This document shows positions 35,434-48,593 of a DNA stretch of 64,000 nucleotides, one piece after another; within the stretch, counting starts at the first letter, position 1; each line of letters opens with the position of its first letter. Under the pieces are notes generated by a model. It was not told the DNA's origin. It did not search any database and saw nothing but the letters and a program-made list of their open reading frames with translations. Source of the stretch: Elsinoe ampelina (Eukaryota); NCBI GenBank assembly GCA_010093995.1, contig ML992521.1, forward strand, positions 62,001-126,000. The letters are read 5' to 3'. Made by a program: the position numbers and the translations under genes.

Positions 35434-35826
35434 AGGTACTGTCGTTGCTGACGAGCAACGTTATGTCATTCAACCTGCAGCAGTGGACGTACAGATTGCT
35501 GAATCAGTGCTTTGTTATAGAAGCACTGGTCGTTGTCAGTCAATTGAATGTCCAACAAGCAGGAGGCGAGGATCTGTGTCCATGACAAGGCGGATTTCGG
35601 CGAGCTGTGATTGGACAACATCAACGTCGTCATTATTTTCCCGAGCACTCACATAGCTTGTGTTCATTCATGAATATCGATAAAACTCCTCATGTGAGCA
35701 CACCTGTCCCACGGTCTCTTCATAAGGTTTTTGCATCATGTTTTGGCCATATCCATGAACGTATTTGGAGGAACGACTCTACGAACGCACGGGTACGGTA
35801 CCGACCACCGCCACCAGCTGAAAGCA

Positions 35827-37185
35827 ATGGCGACGCTGCATAAGAAGGTCAAGCCAAAGACATCACCAGCGACTAAGAGGACGGGTGCTGTCGACAACAA
35901 AGTCGCCTCATCGTTGAAGGTGCCGAAACTACCCACGCAGGTAGCCCAAGCACCATCTGTTGACGACAACGGTACCACTATCATCAGCGAAAGAGGCGAC
36001 CTGATTCTCCACTTCGAACACGAGCAGGGCGGCGATGTACATAGAGCCAGGTTCCAGGTCGACAGCATCACTACCAGACAGGCATCGCCATATTTTGGAG
36101 TTCTGCTGGATCCGTCCCGCTTCGAGGAAGGACGACGAGTTGCTACAACGCTGGCAACCTTGAGGATCCAGGAGTCTGCCCCTAATGACTCTCCACCTGG
36201 TGGGAAAATTAATGAAGAGCATGCACCTCAAGATCTGCCCGAAGTGGTCATCGAAGACATCGGCCGCATCTCACCAGTAAAGTCCATCGCTCTTCTACTC
36301 ACCGATTTCCTGCGTCTTCTCCACTCGCAGCCCCTGGTGATATCCCATCCCCCACCACTAGCAAATCTGGCAAATCTAGTGGCTGTATTCGATCGGTTCT
36401 CAGCTCTACCGATCCTCGAATCCTACGGCCATACCCACCACATCTTCGCCCTCCTCGATGCTAAATCCAAGCCCCGAGGACTCCCCGAGGACAGACTCCG
36501 CCAACGAGCCTTCGTTGCATACCACCTCAACCATAATCCCTGGCTTATCCAATCCACTCAACGACTCATCCAGACCACAGCATTTCAAGCCTCCTCCCCA
36601 GCGGATCCTGCCTGGGCCGATCTCGGCTCCCTCGAAGACGAGCTACACGCCCGCCGAATCGCCCTGCTGGATACTATTCAATCAATCCAATCCTTCTTCC
36701 TCGCCCAGTACTCCTCTCGCATGCGACAGTGTCGTCTCGGCTATGACAGCTCCGCAGCCTGTGATTCCTACCAGCTCGGAGAAGCGGTCAAATTCTTCTC
36801 CCGCTCAGGGACCTTTTCACTATCGGGAAGTCTGCTTCCCGATGACGACGCTACACCATGGGAAGGTGATTTGCTCGAGATTCTCGAGAAGTGGAAGATG
36901 TGTCCTGAGTACCAGATCGATTCGAATCATCACCACTGTGGTATCAGAACGAGACTGTTGCCAATCCTTGAACGGATGGAGAGAGCCATAGAGGATGTCG
37001 GCGTGTGTGGAGACTGCTGGCGAGACCACAGAGACGAGTATGCATGGGGTCGAGCCAAAGGACCCTTGATCTGGCGGAGAGACGAGCCAGCAAGAGGCAC
37101 AGGATTAGGACTCGATCGGAGATGTCTGAACAGACACTTGGCATTAAGAGACATGTGCCTTGCCAAAGACAGAGTATGGTACTAG
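35827..37185 (+). CDS. Fungal BTB/POZ-like domain hypothetical protein
   Basis: ERGDLIL..ARFQVDS..ASPYFGVLLDPSRFEEG (BTB-like N-terminus) and CRLGYDSSAACDSYQLGE, YQIDSNHHHCG. An alternative in-frame ATG lies at 35755. Confidence 0.7.
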   Translation: MATLHKKVKPKTSPATKRTGAVDNKVASSLKVPKLPTQVAQAPSVDDNGTTIISERGDLILHFEHEQGGDVHRARFQVDSITTRQASPYFGVLLDPSRFEEGRRVATTLATLRIQESAPNDSPPGGKINEEHAPQDLPEVVIEDIGRISPVKSIALLLTDFLRLLHSQPLVISHPPPLANLANLVAVFDRFSALPILESYGHTHHIFALLDAKSKPRGLPEDRLRQRAFVAYHLNHNPWLIQSTQRLIQTTAFQASSPADPAWADLGSLEDELHARRIALLDTIQSIQSFFLAQYSSRMRQCRLGYDSSAACDSYQLGEAVKFFSRSGTFSLSGSLLPDDDATPWEGDLLEILEKWKMCPEYQIDSNHHHCGIRTRLLPILERMERAIEDVGVCGDCWRDHRDEYAWGRAKGPLIWRRDEPARGTGLGLDRRCLNRHLALRDMCLAKDRVWY

Positions 37186-37296
37186 CCCCCAACCTAGACC
37201 AACCCCAAAACCCCCCTCCCTCCCTCCCGTCATGCAAATATGTCCAACCCCCCCTGCTCCCATCCCCCTTCTCCCCTCTTACCCCCTCCCCCCTCC

Positions 37297-37848
37297 TCAC
37301 CCCTGCAACCCATCCCCAATCATCCCCACAATCAACCTCACATGCCTCTCCGCATTCACCTCACTCCACTCCGTATCATAATTCAACCCATACGGCCAAA
37401 CATGGCCCCCACCACAATTCACCTTCCCCCCCTGCCCATCCCACCCCGCCACCAACGCATTCCCCCTCGGCCAATCCCCAGCGCTACACCTCGCGTCGAA
37501 CGCCCCCGTCTGCCCGATCCCCAGCGTGTGGCTGATCTCGTGCAGCGCCGTGCGTTCGTTCATGTACCCCCTGTTGGCGCCGAAGCGCAGGTCGCCGTTG
37601 AAGTTGGCTTCGGCGGTGGGGACGCCGGGGGCGTAGGACACGCGGATGGTCTTGGTGGTCGAGGGGGAGAGGCGCGTCCATCGGGCGACGGCGAGGCGCA
37701 TGGCTGTTTCGATGCGGGTGTAGGCGTCGGATTGGTCCGGGGTAGGGGAGGGGGTTTTGGTAAGGGTCCAGGTGAGGGTGGCGGTTGTTAGGGAGGGGAG
37801 GGAGGTAAGGAGGAGGAGGAGGAGGGGGGTGAGGTAGGGGAGGTGCAT
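37297..37848 (-). CDS. Small secreted HExxH zinc-metallopeptidase-like protein
   Basis: Leu-rich signal peptide, intronless 183 aa, GVPTAEANFNG, ERTALHEISHTLGIG, GGGHVWPYGLNY. Confidence 0.75.
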   Translation of the reverse strand: MHLPYLTPLLLLLLTSLPSLTTATLTWTLTKTPSPTPDQSDAYTRIETAMRLAVARWTRLSPSTTKTIRVSYAPGVPTAEANFNGDLRFGANRGYMNERTALHEISHTLGIGQTGAFDARCSAGDWPRGNALVAGWDGQGGKVNCGGGHVWPYGLNYDTEWSEVNAERHVRLIVGMIGDGLQG

Positions 37849-39116
37849 GGTTGTAGTTGGTTGGGGGAGTGCGTAGTTTAGAATGAGTAAACTGGTTGGG
37901 TCGCGGGATTAGGGCGGTGCTTAGGGTCAAGGGCTTGGGATCAGGATGAAGGAGGTGTTATATCTTGCTAGTGGAAGTAGGATTAGAGTTAATGTAGAGC
38001 ACCAACCGGTGGGGGAATTCTTAGGTTATCAGAGGGTTTGACATGATTCCTTAGGGTACTCGGCGTTTTATCGACGTCTTCTGCTCGGGATGTCTGCTGA
38101 TCATACAGGGACACGAGCGGTAGTTGACCCGACTATGACTACAAGATCGTGGAGCACCTGACCCCTTTCGCATCCTTCCGACAGGGGCGCAGAGGTCAAC
38201 GATGCGACGTCAACGAGCAGCGTTCTCGATAGTGTCACGAAAGAGCCATCAGGTGACAATTCTGATATGCGAGGCTTGGTTAAGGTTAGCGATAGAGTAA
38301 TCTTGGTACTGTAGTTGGCCACACAGGGCTTGGCTTGCCAAGCAGTCCAGCACCCCTGAAATCTTTAGCGAAGCATGCGTGAAACAGCGGGGTGCAGCAA
38401 CGAGGGTCCGGGCTTGTCGTGGAAGGCACAAAACTTAGCGTGGTGATTCGGCACATGGGGAACACGCAATCGGTCGAAAGCAGTCTGCAGAGCTGGTGGC
38501 TTCGAAGTCCAGTGGTCATGCGAGCTTGATATGCGTCTATACAGTATTGATCGACAGGCCTGCAGCGGGATCTACCTCATGCAGGCAAGTCACTGTGCCT
38601 CCGGTGGGTCGTATACAGGCATGTATTTTCTGCCCCAATGTAGCTCGCAAAGCATTCACTTTGCAGAACAGAGTGTGCTCGATACTTTGTAGGCATCCAA
38701 GAAGCAATTCGACCTCACCCGCGCACATCTCACGCCGCCAGTCCGGAGGGACCTGCCATGTGATGGCCGACAGATATGACATGCTGCAGTCGATCGTGCC
38801 TTCGTTATGCTTGGTCTCGATGGATGTAAACCTCGTGCCGCAGCGATGCTTGGTCCTCGAGTCTTGAGATACTGCAGAATCGTGCGGTCGAAGGTCCAAT
38901 GGTGCCGTTTCCGAGACTTTGGCACTTTGGTGCTCCCAGCCGAGCGTAATTGATGGCAATTTCCTGAGCAGATCCATCGCTGCGGCGGGTAAAGCACCCG
39001 GTGAATGATGAGACGGGTCCTGGCTGGTGACTTCCCTGATGTAGAACCATGCCATGTGAACTATTGTATCCGACAAGGTGTGTTATTGATCTAGCCGCGA
39101 GTGACATTTGTTATTA

Positions 39117-40906
39117 TCACCCGCAGACGAGTCCTTCCTTAGGCAGCTCCACGTTGTCGTCGCCGTTGACTGCTCTGTCCTGGTCCTGAACAGATTCGTC
39201 GCTTGTCTTGGCTTTCTCAACCTTTCCCTCCGGAGTGACACCAGCCTTCTTGGCCTCTTCCTGCTCAATCTGGAGCTTGCGCTTCTCTTTCTTACTCAGC
39301 TGCAAAGCACCCTTCTCCAGAGCTTCTTTCGGTAGTGGTCGGACGTGGGCTTGAACAACGAACCAAGGTCGTTTGCAGCGCTCGATCGCTGCCGTAGATG
39401 ATACAGTTTCATCCACTTCTGCCGACAGATGATCTTGGTCGCCATTGCCATTCGTGGCTCCGTTGGGGTTCTTCTGTCCGGCAACGGTTTTCTTATCTTC
39501 TTCGTCTTGTTCAACGATGCCCTTCCTTACTACTTCTTCGACCATGGTCAGGATAGTTTCAAACCCTTCAATGTCGCCGACCCTCGTCCTTGCAAGCTTG
39601 TCCCTGATGTGCGTGTGTCGCGAGACTAGAGGTCGCAGCATGTGGAACAGATGAGCTTGCATAGCTGTCAGGTTGGGATTCGACTCCCTCTCCTTCTGCA
39701 CTTCCGACTTTTGAGGTTGCTGTTTCTTATGCATCCGTCTCTGCTTCTTCTTCGCTGGTTGTCCGTCCTCATTCTCTTCTTCTGCTCCGTGCTTCGCCTC
39801 AGTAGGCTTTCCTACCTCTACATTTCTCTGTTCCATTTCCTCGTAGTCTTTGGGATCATCTCCAATGACGAATAGAGACTTCCGTACGGGTGGCTCCTGT
39901 CCCAGCACATGCTTGTGAATGATGTCCATGTATCGCCTCAACACCGCATCCATCCTATAGCCTCCCTTGCCATCACGTCCCCGCCAGTATTCTCTTCCTT
40001 CGAGACCCTCTTTCGGTGGCTCGGCGAAGATCGTCGGGTCATACAAATTTCCTTCTGCAGACATGACTGCATCTGCCCCAGTGGCTTTCAGGCAACGTTC
40101 GATATCGTTGTGCTGCAGGACATTCCCGTTTGCAAAGATGACTGTATCTTCTGGTAGGCTCTCTCGCAGATATCGTATGACTGCCCAGTCTGCAAGTCCG
40201 GTATTGTGGCCTTTCTGTTCCCTCCTCCTACCATGCACGGTGATGATGCTCGCTCCTGCGTCCAGGATTGTCTTTGCGTATTCCAAGGTCTCCTCCTTAG
40301 TCTCGAGTATTCGCATCTTAGCCGTCACTGGAATTGATAGTCCCTCATGTAGCGTACGTATGAGCTTGGAGATCAGGCCTCGGTCTTCTTGCAAGAAAGC
40401 GCCGTAGTTCCCTCTCTTTGCAATGCCCTGCGGACAACCGAGGTTGAGGTCTACGGCGTCGCAGTAGGGCGAGACAGCGAGAGCGGAGGACAGGAAGCAT
40501 TCGGGATCGTTGGCGCAGAATTGGACGAACAGAGGTCGATCGAAAGCAGGATTGCCATCAAGGTGTAGGGGAGAGGTCGCCTCGGAGGACTCGTAGGGGA
40601 AGGGTATAGTCGGCTTCACGGCTTGGAAATGTGCATCTCTGTATTTCGGCGTGTCTGTGAAAAGTCGCGCATGGAACATTGGGGTGTAGCAAAGTAAGGA
40701 TGGCTGTTGCTCGGGCGCCATGAAGGAGCGAGAAAGCAGACGCCATGCCTGCTAGGATTAGTGAAGTCCGGGAAAAGAGATCGTATAGTACGAACGAATT
40801 CGGACTGGTCTACCATCGGCGCAAGAACATATTTCGGTGACCCAATGCTCTCATAGAACGCTCTTCCATGAAGCTTCCGCTTCGTGCCCCGAGACTCTTC
40901 GGCCAT
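39117..40906 (-). CDS. DUS1: tRNA-dihydrouridine synthase 1
   Basis: APMVDQSEF|AWR, DRPLFVQFCANDP, DLNLGCPQGIAKRGNYGAFL, TVHGR, ANGN, MSAEG; one intron near 40795-40749. Confidence 0.93.
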
Positions 40907-41310
40907 TGTGCTTAAAGAGGAGAAAGATTGAGCAGTCCGGTGGGAGTGTGATCCAGATCGAATACTCCAGACTGATCGGTAATATGTAGATGAGATGACT
41001 CCGCCGCTACCACAAGAAAAGCGTCGTATGAGCATCAGCACAGTGCCATGTGAAATCGAAGTCAAGTGCACATCTTCAAGGTCAACTTTTTTGATCCCCA
41101 CACTCGCAGCTAATCAAGCCACACCCGTTGATTGGCTCCGGAGCCACCCCTCTGGTTCCACTTTTTTGTGGAACCGCTGCACGCCTTTTGAATGCTCTGG
41201 GAAATGACATAATGGCAATCTATCACTTTCCAGGTACTCTGCACGTAAGATAAATATCCCACTTTGGTTCTCGGCATTGCTTCTCCATCTTGTAAATATC
41301 GCTCGTGAAA

Positions 41311-42288
41311 ATGACTAAAGAAGTCATCTTGTATGATTTGCCCAGCAAACAGGGGACGGCATGGTCCCTTAATCCATGGAAGAGTGTGTCGGTTGCGGTC
41401 GTCCATCGAGCATTTGCTGATAAAGTACAGCGAGGATGATCTTGAATTTCAAGGGAATTGACTACAAGACCGAATGGATCGAGTATCCTGATGTCGCTCC
41501 CAAGCTCAAGTCATTGTATGTACTACCAGCTATCTGGCCCTCCAAAATAGTGATCCTGATTCCAATTCCAGTGGCATTGAACCAAACAAGGACTCACCAG
41601 AGTACACCATCCCGGCAATCCAAACAGCAAAAGGCGACTACATCATGGACTCCAAGAAGATCGCGTAAGTCTCCTATCCCTCCCCTTCAACGGACCCTCC
41701 CTGACCTCTCCAGCGCATACCTCGAAGAAACCTACCCACCAGGCGACTACGCCGCCGTGAAACTCGACGAACCCATCCAAGAGAAGGTAGTCAAGATCCT
41801 CAACGACATCATGAAGGCCTTGCAGCCAGTCAGTCCGTCTCGCTCTCCCCCTCCCTCATATTCTCCCCGCTGACAACCCCCCCAGTCATGCCCCTGATCC
41901 CGCGCAACGTCCTCAACGCCCCTTCCGCCGAGTACTTCCAACGCACCCGTAAAGAGAGCTTCGGCATGCCGCTCGACGAGCTCGAAGCCACGAAAGGTGG
42001 CGACGAGGCGTTCAAGAACGCCGAGAAGCCGATTGGTGAGATGGCGGCGCTTCTGCGCGAGGTGGATGGGCCTTATTTCCAGGGCGACAAGTGTGCGTCC
42101 ATCTTTACTGGCAGTGCAAGTGTGTTGACTGACTGATGCTAGCTTGCTATGCCGACTTCTATCTCGTCACTTTCCTCCGCTTTGCAAAGGCGGCGGACGA
42201 GAAGGTGTACGACAGGATCGTGAAGGATCAACCAGAGTTCAGAGCTTTGTATACATGTATGGAGGCGTATTTGGATAAGGCGGACTAG
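41311..42288 (+). CDS. Glutathione S-transferase-like protein (GST_N_3 plus C-terminal domain), multi-exon
   Basis: MTKEVILYDLPSK..WSLNPWK|TRMILNFKGIDYKTEWIEYPD, YTIPAI, MDSKKI, GPYFQG, YADF; several short introns. Confidence 0.85.
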
Positions 42289-42419
42289 GCGCCTACCTGT
42301 AGTGTAGCGTGTCCACCAGCGACCGGAGAATCGTTGATAGTTATAGCGACAGCGATATACCACATGTTTCCTTGCACTTGAACAGGTTGGGATATGATAC
42401 ATTCGTGACAGTACCGCAG

Positions 42420-44019
42420 CTATGCCAGTGATTCTTCATCTTCTTCTTCATCGTCTTCATCATCCAGGATCTTCTTTTCGACTATCAGGTTGCCGCTCCT
42501 ACCTATCCTGCTCTTTATCGAGCCGCCTTTCTCCAAGTCGTACACTTCTCTCGGCATAGGGCTGACTAGCTGGAAGCTGTATTCATGCTCGAAGCCGGCG
42601 GGTTCTTGCACCGCCTTCTCCTGCTCGTCGTCTTGGAGAACGTCGTAGCACTCTACGAAAGCGTACAGCTCTTCAAGATCTGCATCACCTGCGAATTTCC
42701 TGATCACACGATCTCCCGAAGGCATGCGGATACTGACTCTGACTGTGTCCGTCACGTCCTGACCCGGCTCCGAAGGAAGAGACTGTGCTCTCCATTTCTT
42801 CCACTGCAGAATATTTTGTGCTCGCTGCTCTTTGGCTGCCGCTCGCTCTCGCTCTTCCCTCTCCTCCCTTTCCCTTGCAGCCTCGGCTTCTCGTCGTTGT
42901 CGTGCCCGCTCTCGATCCTGTGCGAGCGATCGCTCATAAGCCGAGTTCTGCTCTTCCCGGATGTTGCGACTGGCTTGCTGCTCTTGCCTCTGCCGTCTCG
43001 CAGAGCCGAGTTCTTCATTCCGCGTCTGGATCGCCTTCTGAAGCTTGTCAATCAGTTCAGAAGCTAGTGTCGGTCCAGCGTTGCGCGCGACTACCGACAT
43101 GGCAGTCGAGGATACTGATGGTGTGTGAACAATCAAGCCGACGAAAGGGAACTTGGTGACATTCAAGGCATTAGCAACTTGGAACGCTTCGGAGTCACGG
43201 ACACTGCCGCCCCAGACAAGGACCTCCGAGTGGTGCTCCTTGATCCAGTTGACAAAGTCTGGCGCAAGAAGAGTGTCGCGCACGAACGGCGCCGTGTCAT
43301 CGTGCTCAGGCGACAAGAGAATGACCAAGAGATACTTCAAGTCCTTCTTTGCAGCATCGAAGGCTTGCGCATAGCCGCTCTCCAGAAATGGTAGTGTGCT
43401 CGGCTCACTGCCATGCTCTTCCTCGAATTCTCGAATGAACCGCGCGGCAGTATCACGAGGGCTGAGCGGTTTGCGATTCGCATATCGCTGCGATCGCGCT
43501 GACTGTACTGGCCATAGTCTGCTGAGTATGCGTGGGAGGATCGGAAAAGCCCAGCCTAATGTACCGAAGAGTCGCGCGAAGATGCTGTAGGTGACATTGA
43601 ATGGAAGGAACAGAAGAGTAATGATGAATGGAGCTCTCTGCGTCAACTGTGATTCTGGCGTGGGTACCACTCGTGGTGCTGGATCGAATTGAGCTGTGGG
43701 TCTGCGATAGGCACCTGCATCGAGACTGTCCTGTAGATTCTCCTGTCTTCTTGCTGCTGGTGGAGCGGCTTGTCTGGCAGCTTCTGCTGCTACATCTACT
43801 GTCTCTGTGTCACCGTCGAAGAAGCGTGTGATGGCAATCTGGATAATATCAGCTCAGGCCAAGACGCAATCACGTCGAGCTTACCTGTGCATTCCATTGA
43901 CATCGTTGGAGCAGGGGGACTGCGGCCCCGATCTCCTGGTCTGTGACCGCTGTAAATTGTTGGAGTGCAAGCTGCTGTTCTTCGTTCAAGCTTGACAAAT
44001 CGACGGAAGAATCTGTCAT
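42420..44019 (-). CDS. UBX-domain Cdc48 adaptor (UBA-like, membrane hairpin, UAS, coiled coil, UBX; FAF2/Ucp10-like)
   Basis: Exon 1 from ATG 44019 (ALQQFTAVTDQE..LLQRCQWNAQ|IAITRFFDG); UAS (LLSPEHDD, KFPFVGLI); UBX (RVSIRMPSGDRVIRKF..SPMPR). Confidence 0.88.
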
Positions 44020-44664
44020 AGCCGCCTGACAGTCCCGTCAAGACTCGACGTTCGAGATAAAAGATGCCGGAATGCTCGTGATGTTGATGAATCGGAAATG
44101 CTAGCTGTCGGCTTTTGATAGGCCGATGACGCTTAACCAGAGCTCCGGGAATCTCCAGCTGAGTCAGCAGGATCTAAAGGCGGGACGCGACAGCGGAGCG
44201 GAACTGTTGGACGCATCTGGCGTAGAAGAGGTGAGACAACCGGGACACTGCATCTTGTCACTCGGACTGTCGCATTGGATCATTACTGCAGCAGGGGAAC
44301 AGGTCGGTCACTCATGAGGGCTCGCAGACGTCCATATCAGCTCGGATAGGTGACAATGTCGTGCGGACACAGCAATACCGTCGCTTTGAGGCACAGGTAC
44401 GTACCTCTTTCCTCATGCATTATCCATTTCCTTCCAAACGGCAAGGCCAGCGAAGAGAATGACTACACTCTGCATCTACTCATGTGCATTGGGGCGAGAA
44501 ACTCGAGCATGACTCTTGCATATCACTTCTATCGCTTATGAAGCATAATTTTACCACTCCATTGCACTACTTATGACCTCTCATTAATTTCATCAGCCCC
44601 GGTCCTTTTCGATTCCTTCTCTGCTGCGCGATCAAGCTAAAGTAGCTGGAACTGTCGCTCCATC

Positions 44665-46710
44665 ATGTCCATGGATGCCCGGAAGACGCATCAGTCTCCC
44701 CGTCCAAAGGGGCGGGAGAATGCCAAAAACATACTATGTCGTAATATGACCATTTATGGCAGCTGCCGGGCCCAGAATAATGGTACGGAATCGTTTCTGG
44801 TGGTAGCACAACATGTTGATTGCTTCAGGATGTCCATTCAGCCACGACGTGTCCCGCTTCGAGGCACAAAACGACAACTCGAAGCGCTTTCTTAATGTAG
44901 ACTCTCCTTCTTTCACACCTTTAGCACCAGCGACCAACAATCAAACGCCGAAGCCAATCGGCATATCACCAAAAGCTGCCGCTGCAGCCATCTTCACGCC
45001 AAAGTCGTCAGGTAGGTTTACAGAATGCCATAATCAGGACACGAGTTGACAGGGACAGCGGCGCCGACACCAACTCCAAGCTCTCAGCCAAAGCCACCGT
45101 CTGCAGACTGGTCGAATCAGATCAAGGAATTTGTGCCTGGTCAGTTCAGCGACTTCCAGCCTGGCGGTACCCCCTCCTTCGATCCCTATTCCATGCAAGC
45201 AGTCGGCAACGCGATTACAGAAATCCCAGAAGCTACTACTGCACAACAAATCAATCCATACGCCCAAGATACGACCGCCCAAATGTTTCAAAACCCGGCG
45301 GCTTTCTCCCATTCACAGCCTCTGAACTACCATCTCTATTCGCCGATTGGACCGCACCGGGAGAACCTTGTGGCATACCAGCGAACAGCTCATGACTTAT
45401 TCATACCCGACCACTTACGAGAAGAGCTCCAGCGTAAAACAGAAGCATCCTTACAAACATTTTCAAATTCAACACTCCCGCAACAGATCGAGCACTTCCA
45501 TTCTCTGGTGGCGCTGGATACCACCGCTCAAAAAGTTGCCTCCGTCTATGGCTATCCGAGCTGGCTCTACAAGGCTGTTTCCAGCAAGGATGGCTACACG
45601 TATTGTTTGCGCAGGCTTGAGAATTTCAGATTGACAGACGAGCGAGCAATAAGGGGGATCAACAAGTGGAAACGAATCAGTAGTGGCCATGTCGTGATCG
45701 TGCATGATGCTTTCACGACAAGAGCCTTCGGCGATAGCTCGCTTATCATCGTTACTGACTACCACCCACTTTGTCAGACCTTGGCTGAAAAGCATTTCAC
45801 CCAAGCGCCGAGACATCCAACAAGGACGGCTACGGCATATGCTACGGAGAATGAGCTGTGGACCTATCTGGTTCAGCTTGCGCATGCCTTGCATCCAATC
45901 CATGCTGCAGGTCTAGCTGCTCGGCTGATACTACCTCAGAAGATCCTTGTGACGTCCAAGAATCGCATCAGGCTCAATTCCTGCGGAATACTCGACATAA
46001 CACAATTCGAGTCCGCCAGGTCTATCCAAGAATTGCAGAACGAAGACTTTGTCCAGCTTGGTCGGCTTGTGCTTTCTATCGCCACTCGAACGCCCTCTAC
46101 GGTGAATACACCTGCTAAGAATCTTGATCAGATTGGTCGCCTGTATGGAGACAAGATGCGGGAAGTCATCGATTGGCTACTCGCAGCACCAGTCAATGCC
46201 GCCGTTGGCGAGCTGTCAGGAGAACGCAACATCGACACACTGCTTGCAATGATTGCCTCACAGACTGCAGCGACCATTGACGCGTACTCCCATGAGGCAG
46301 ATAGTCTCACTTCCAACCTCGCCCGGGAGCTAGAGAACGCACGACTCGTCCGCCTCGTCACCAAAATGAACCTCATCCTCGACCGACCTGACTCCTCCGC
46401 ACCCGGTCAAAACCCATCATCAGGCCCTCAAGGTCTCAACATGACCTCATCTTCCTGGTCCGAGACAGGCGAACGCTACTACCTCAAACTATTCCGCGAC
46501 TACGTCTACCACGCCGTCGACGCCGAGGGACGACCCAGCTTGGACCTCGGCCGCATCCTAGCCTGCCTCAACAAGCTCGACGCCGGGGTAGACGAGAAGA
46601 TTCTCCTCGTCTCTCGGGACGAACAGAACTGCTTCGTCGTCAGCTTCCGAGAAGTCAAGCGCGGACTTGAGAGTGCATGGGCAGAACTCATGAAAAGCGG
46701 GAGGAGATAG
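44665..46710 (+). CDS. PAN3: PAN2-PAN3 deadenylase subunit Pan3 (CCCH finger, PAM2-like motif, pseudokinase)
   Basis: CRNMTIYGSC..CPFSH; LNVDSPSFTP; PLNYHLY; TTRAFGDSSL; WSETGERYYLKLFRDYVYH; LNKLDAG. Introns about 44783-44829 and 45012-45052. Confidence 0.95.
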
Positions 46711-47552
46711 AAACCTCCCTCGCGAAAAGCCAACATCAAACGACCACCAATGGTCGTCGAGACACTCCCACCAGTGGCCGCAAGAACAAGACCATTCCTG
46801 GCAATCAAGACACACCCCTGGATGGCCACACAAAACACACCATCACCAACGACGTGGACCCCGCGCACCCCGACCGTGAAGCTGCCTCCTCGGAGAACTC
46901 CCACTGGCCCGAAACACATGGCAAGGTACAGACGACCGAGATATCGCCACAGATGCAACAGGTGGGCGACTCCGTCGGCGAGGAAACCTATCTGGTCTGG
47001 GTACCGGCCGCAAGCACAATGGTAGCACAGGCAAAGGGCGATCCAGGTAGCGGTCCTTTCTTTTGAATCGAAAAAAAACCCGTGTCAGATACTGTGGATA
47101 GAACCATCATTATTAAGCTTTCCCATTACACGGATGATTAGCTGCATTGAGGGTGGCTTGACTGCTCGCTTTGCCAATGAAATGCTGCGCGGCAGATTAC
47201 TCAAATTTCGTGCTGCATCTGTCAGGGAAGGAGGCAATCGTGCTGGTGTAAGGTGTAGATTGTCATATGCGTTGTCAGAGATGCATGTGTCAGCGTGGCT
47301 AGCCACTGCTACTAGGAGAACAGCATACAGCCGAGTAGCAGTATGTCCACACATTCTCGGATACCTCCATGGTCATGATCAGCGAGTCACACGTGAAGCA
47401 CAAGCAAGCTTGATTCATCTCTTTCATTCACCTGAACTGCTTGACGGGCCTCCCCTTATTGCCCCAGCGATTCCCCATCCTCTTGGACCTTTCATTGCCC
47501 GCCCTGAGGAACTTCTTTCTCGTCCAGCTATGCTTCCGCCCAAAGCGTTCCT

Positions 47553-48078
47553 TCAACCTCTGCTTCTAGTGGGCGACCGTGCCGCCGGCGGTGATGTTGG
47601 TGTCGCCTTGCCTCTGGGCGTTCTGTGACGAGGGTCAGTGACTATCCGTGAGGGGAGGGAGGGGGGAATACATACCTCCGACTCTATGATGGTGCCCTTC
47701 TCGAGGATCTGGGTCACCACGTCCTCCTCTCTGCTCGTGCCGAACTCGGATTCCAGCTGGCCTTTGGAGGCGCCGTCGAGGACACCTTGGGAGCCTTGCC
47801 TGGTAGGAAAGTCAGTCCCATGTGCTGCACCAGCGAACATGCAGGCGCCAAAGAGCTTGTTTGGGTCGCTGTTCGACCGTCCCTTTGCGTAGCGGCAATT
47901 GGCGGTGTACGACTCACTTGTGGGTGACGAAGATCTTCCAGCCGTTCACGACCTGGGCGAGAGGGATGGACTTGTCGCTCTTCCAGTCGCGGACGGCCTT
48001 GCCGTTCTCGACGAAGATCACGTAGTCGTCCTCGGAGCCCTTGAAGTGGACTTTGCAGGTTTGTGCGTTGCCTCTCAT
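47553..48078 (-). CDS. RTC3: SBDS/SDO1 N-terminal-like protein (Rtc3-like)
   Basis: MRGNAQTCKVHFKGSEDDYVIFV..WKSDKSIPLAQVVNGWKIFVTHK|QGSQGVLDGASK..EFGT; two introns. Confidence 0.82.
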
Positions 48079-48593
48079 TTTGGGTGTTGGTGGGGGTGGA
48101 GCTTGGTTTGGCGGGGTAATTTGATGTGGTATTGAGCGATTGCTACAGCGATTGCTGGTGTGAAGAATGGGTGGATGGATAGCGAAGTGGTATTGTGTGA
48201 GATGTGAAGAAGTGAGTCGAAGAAAGTACAAGGATACTTTGCTAAATGAAGCTGTTGTCACGCGAGCTGTGCTTCCTTGGTGCGTGAGCCGAAAGTGACG
48301 AAACAGAAAGAGTGCACGGCCACGTGACGTCATGCTCGACAAGCGTCAGGAACGAGCTTCGCCTTCACATCGGAGGAATGCGAGCTCGTGAAGATCGACA
48401 GGGGAGCTTTGACTAAGGGCTGCACCGCTAAGCTATATGTTCAAATTGAAACGAGTGTCGTAGCTACGAATGCCCCACAATGATGCTTGCACCCTTGACC
48501 CAAACGAGCCTCCGCTATTACCAACCTCATCCACGAGAGTATTCCTGAAAGAGTGTAGAATGCTCCCTTGCTCCATCAACATGCTCAAGACCT

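Noticed and set aside
38101..39076. Minus-strand ORFs downstream of DUS1 (possible degenerate gene)
   Set aside because: Broken frames, no recognisable motif and no consistent splice model; a pseudogene cannot be excluded.
46677..47066. 129-aa ORF overlapping the PAN3 stop
   Set aside because: Starts inside PAN3 in another frame with no domain; most simply the 3'UTR.
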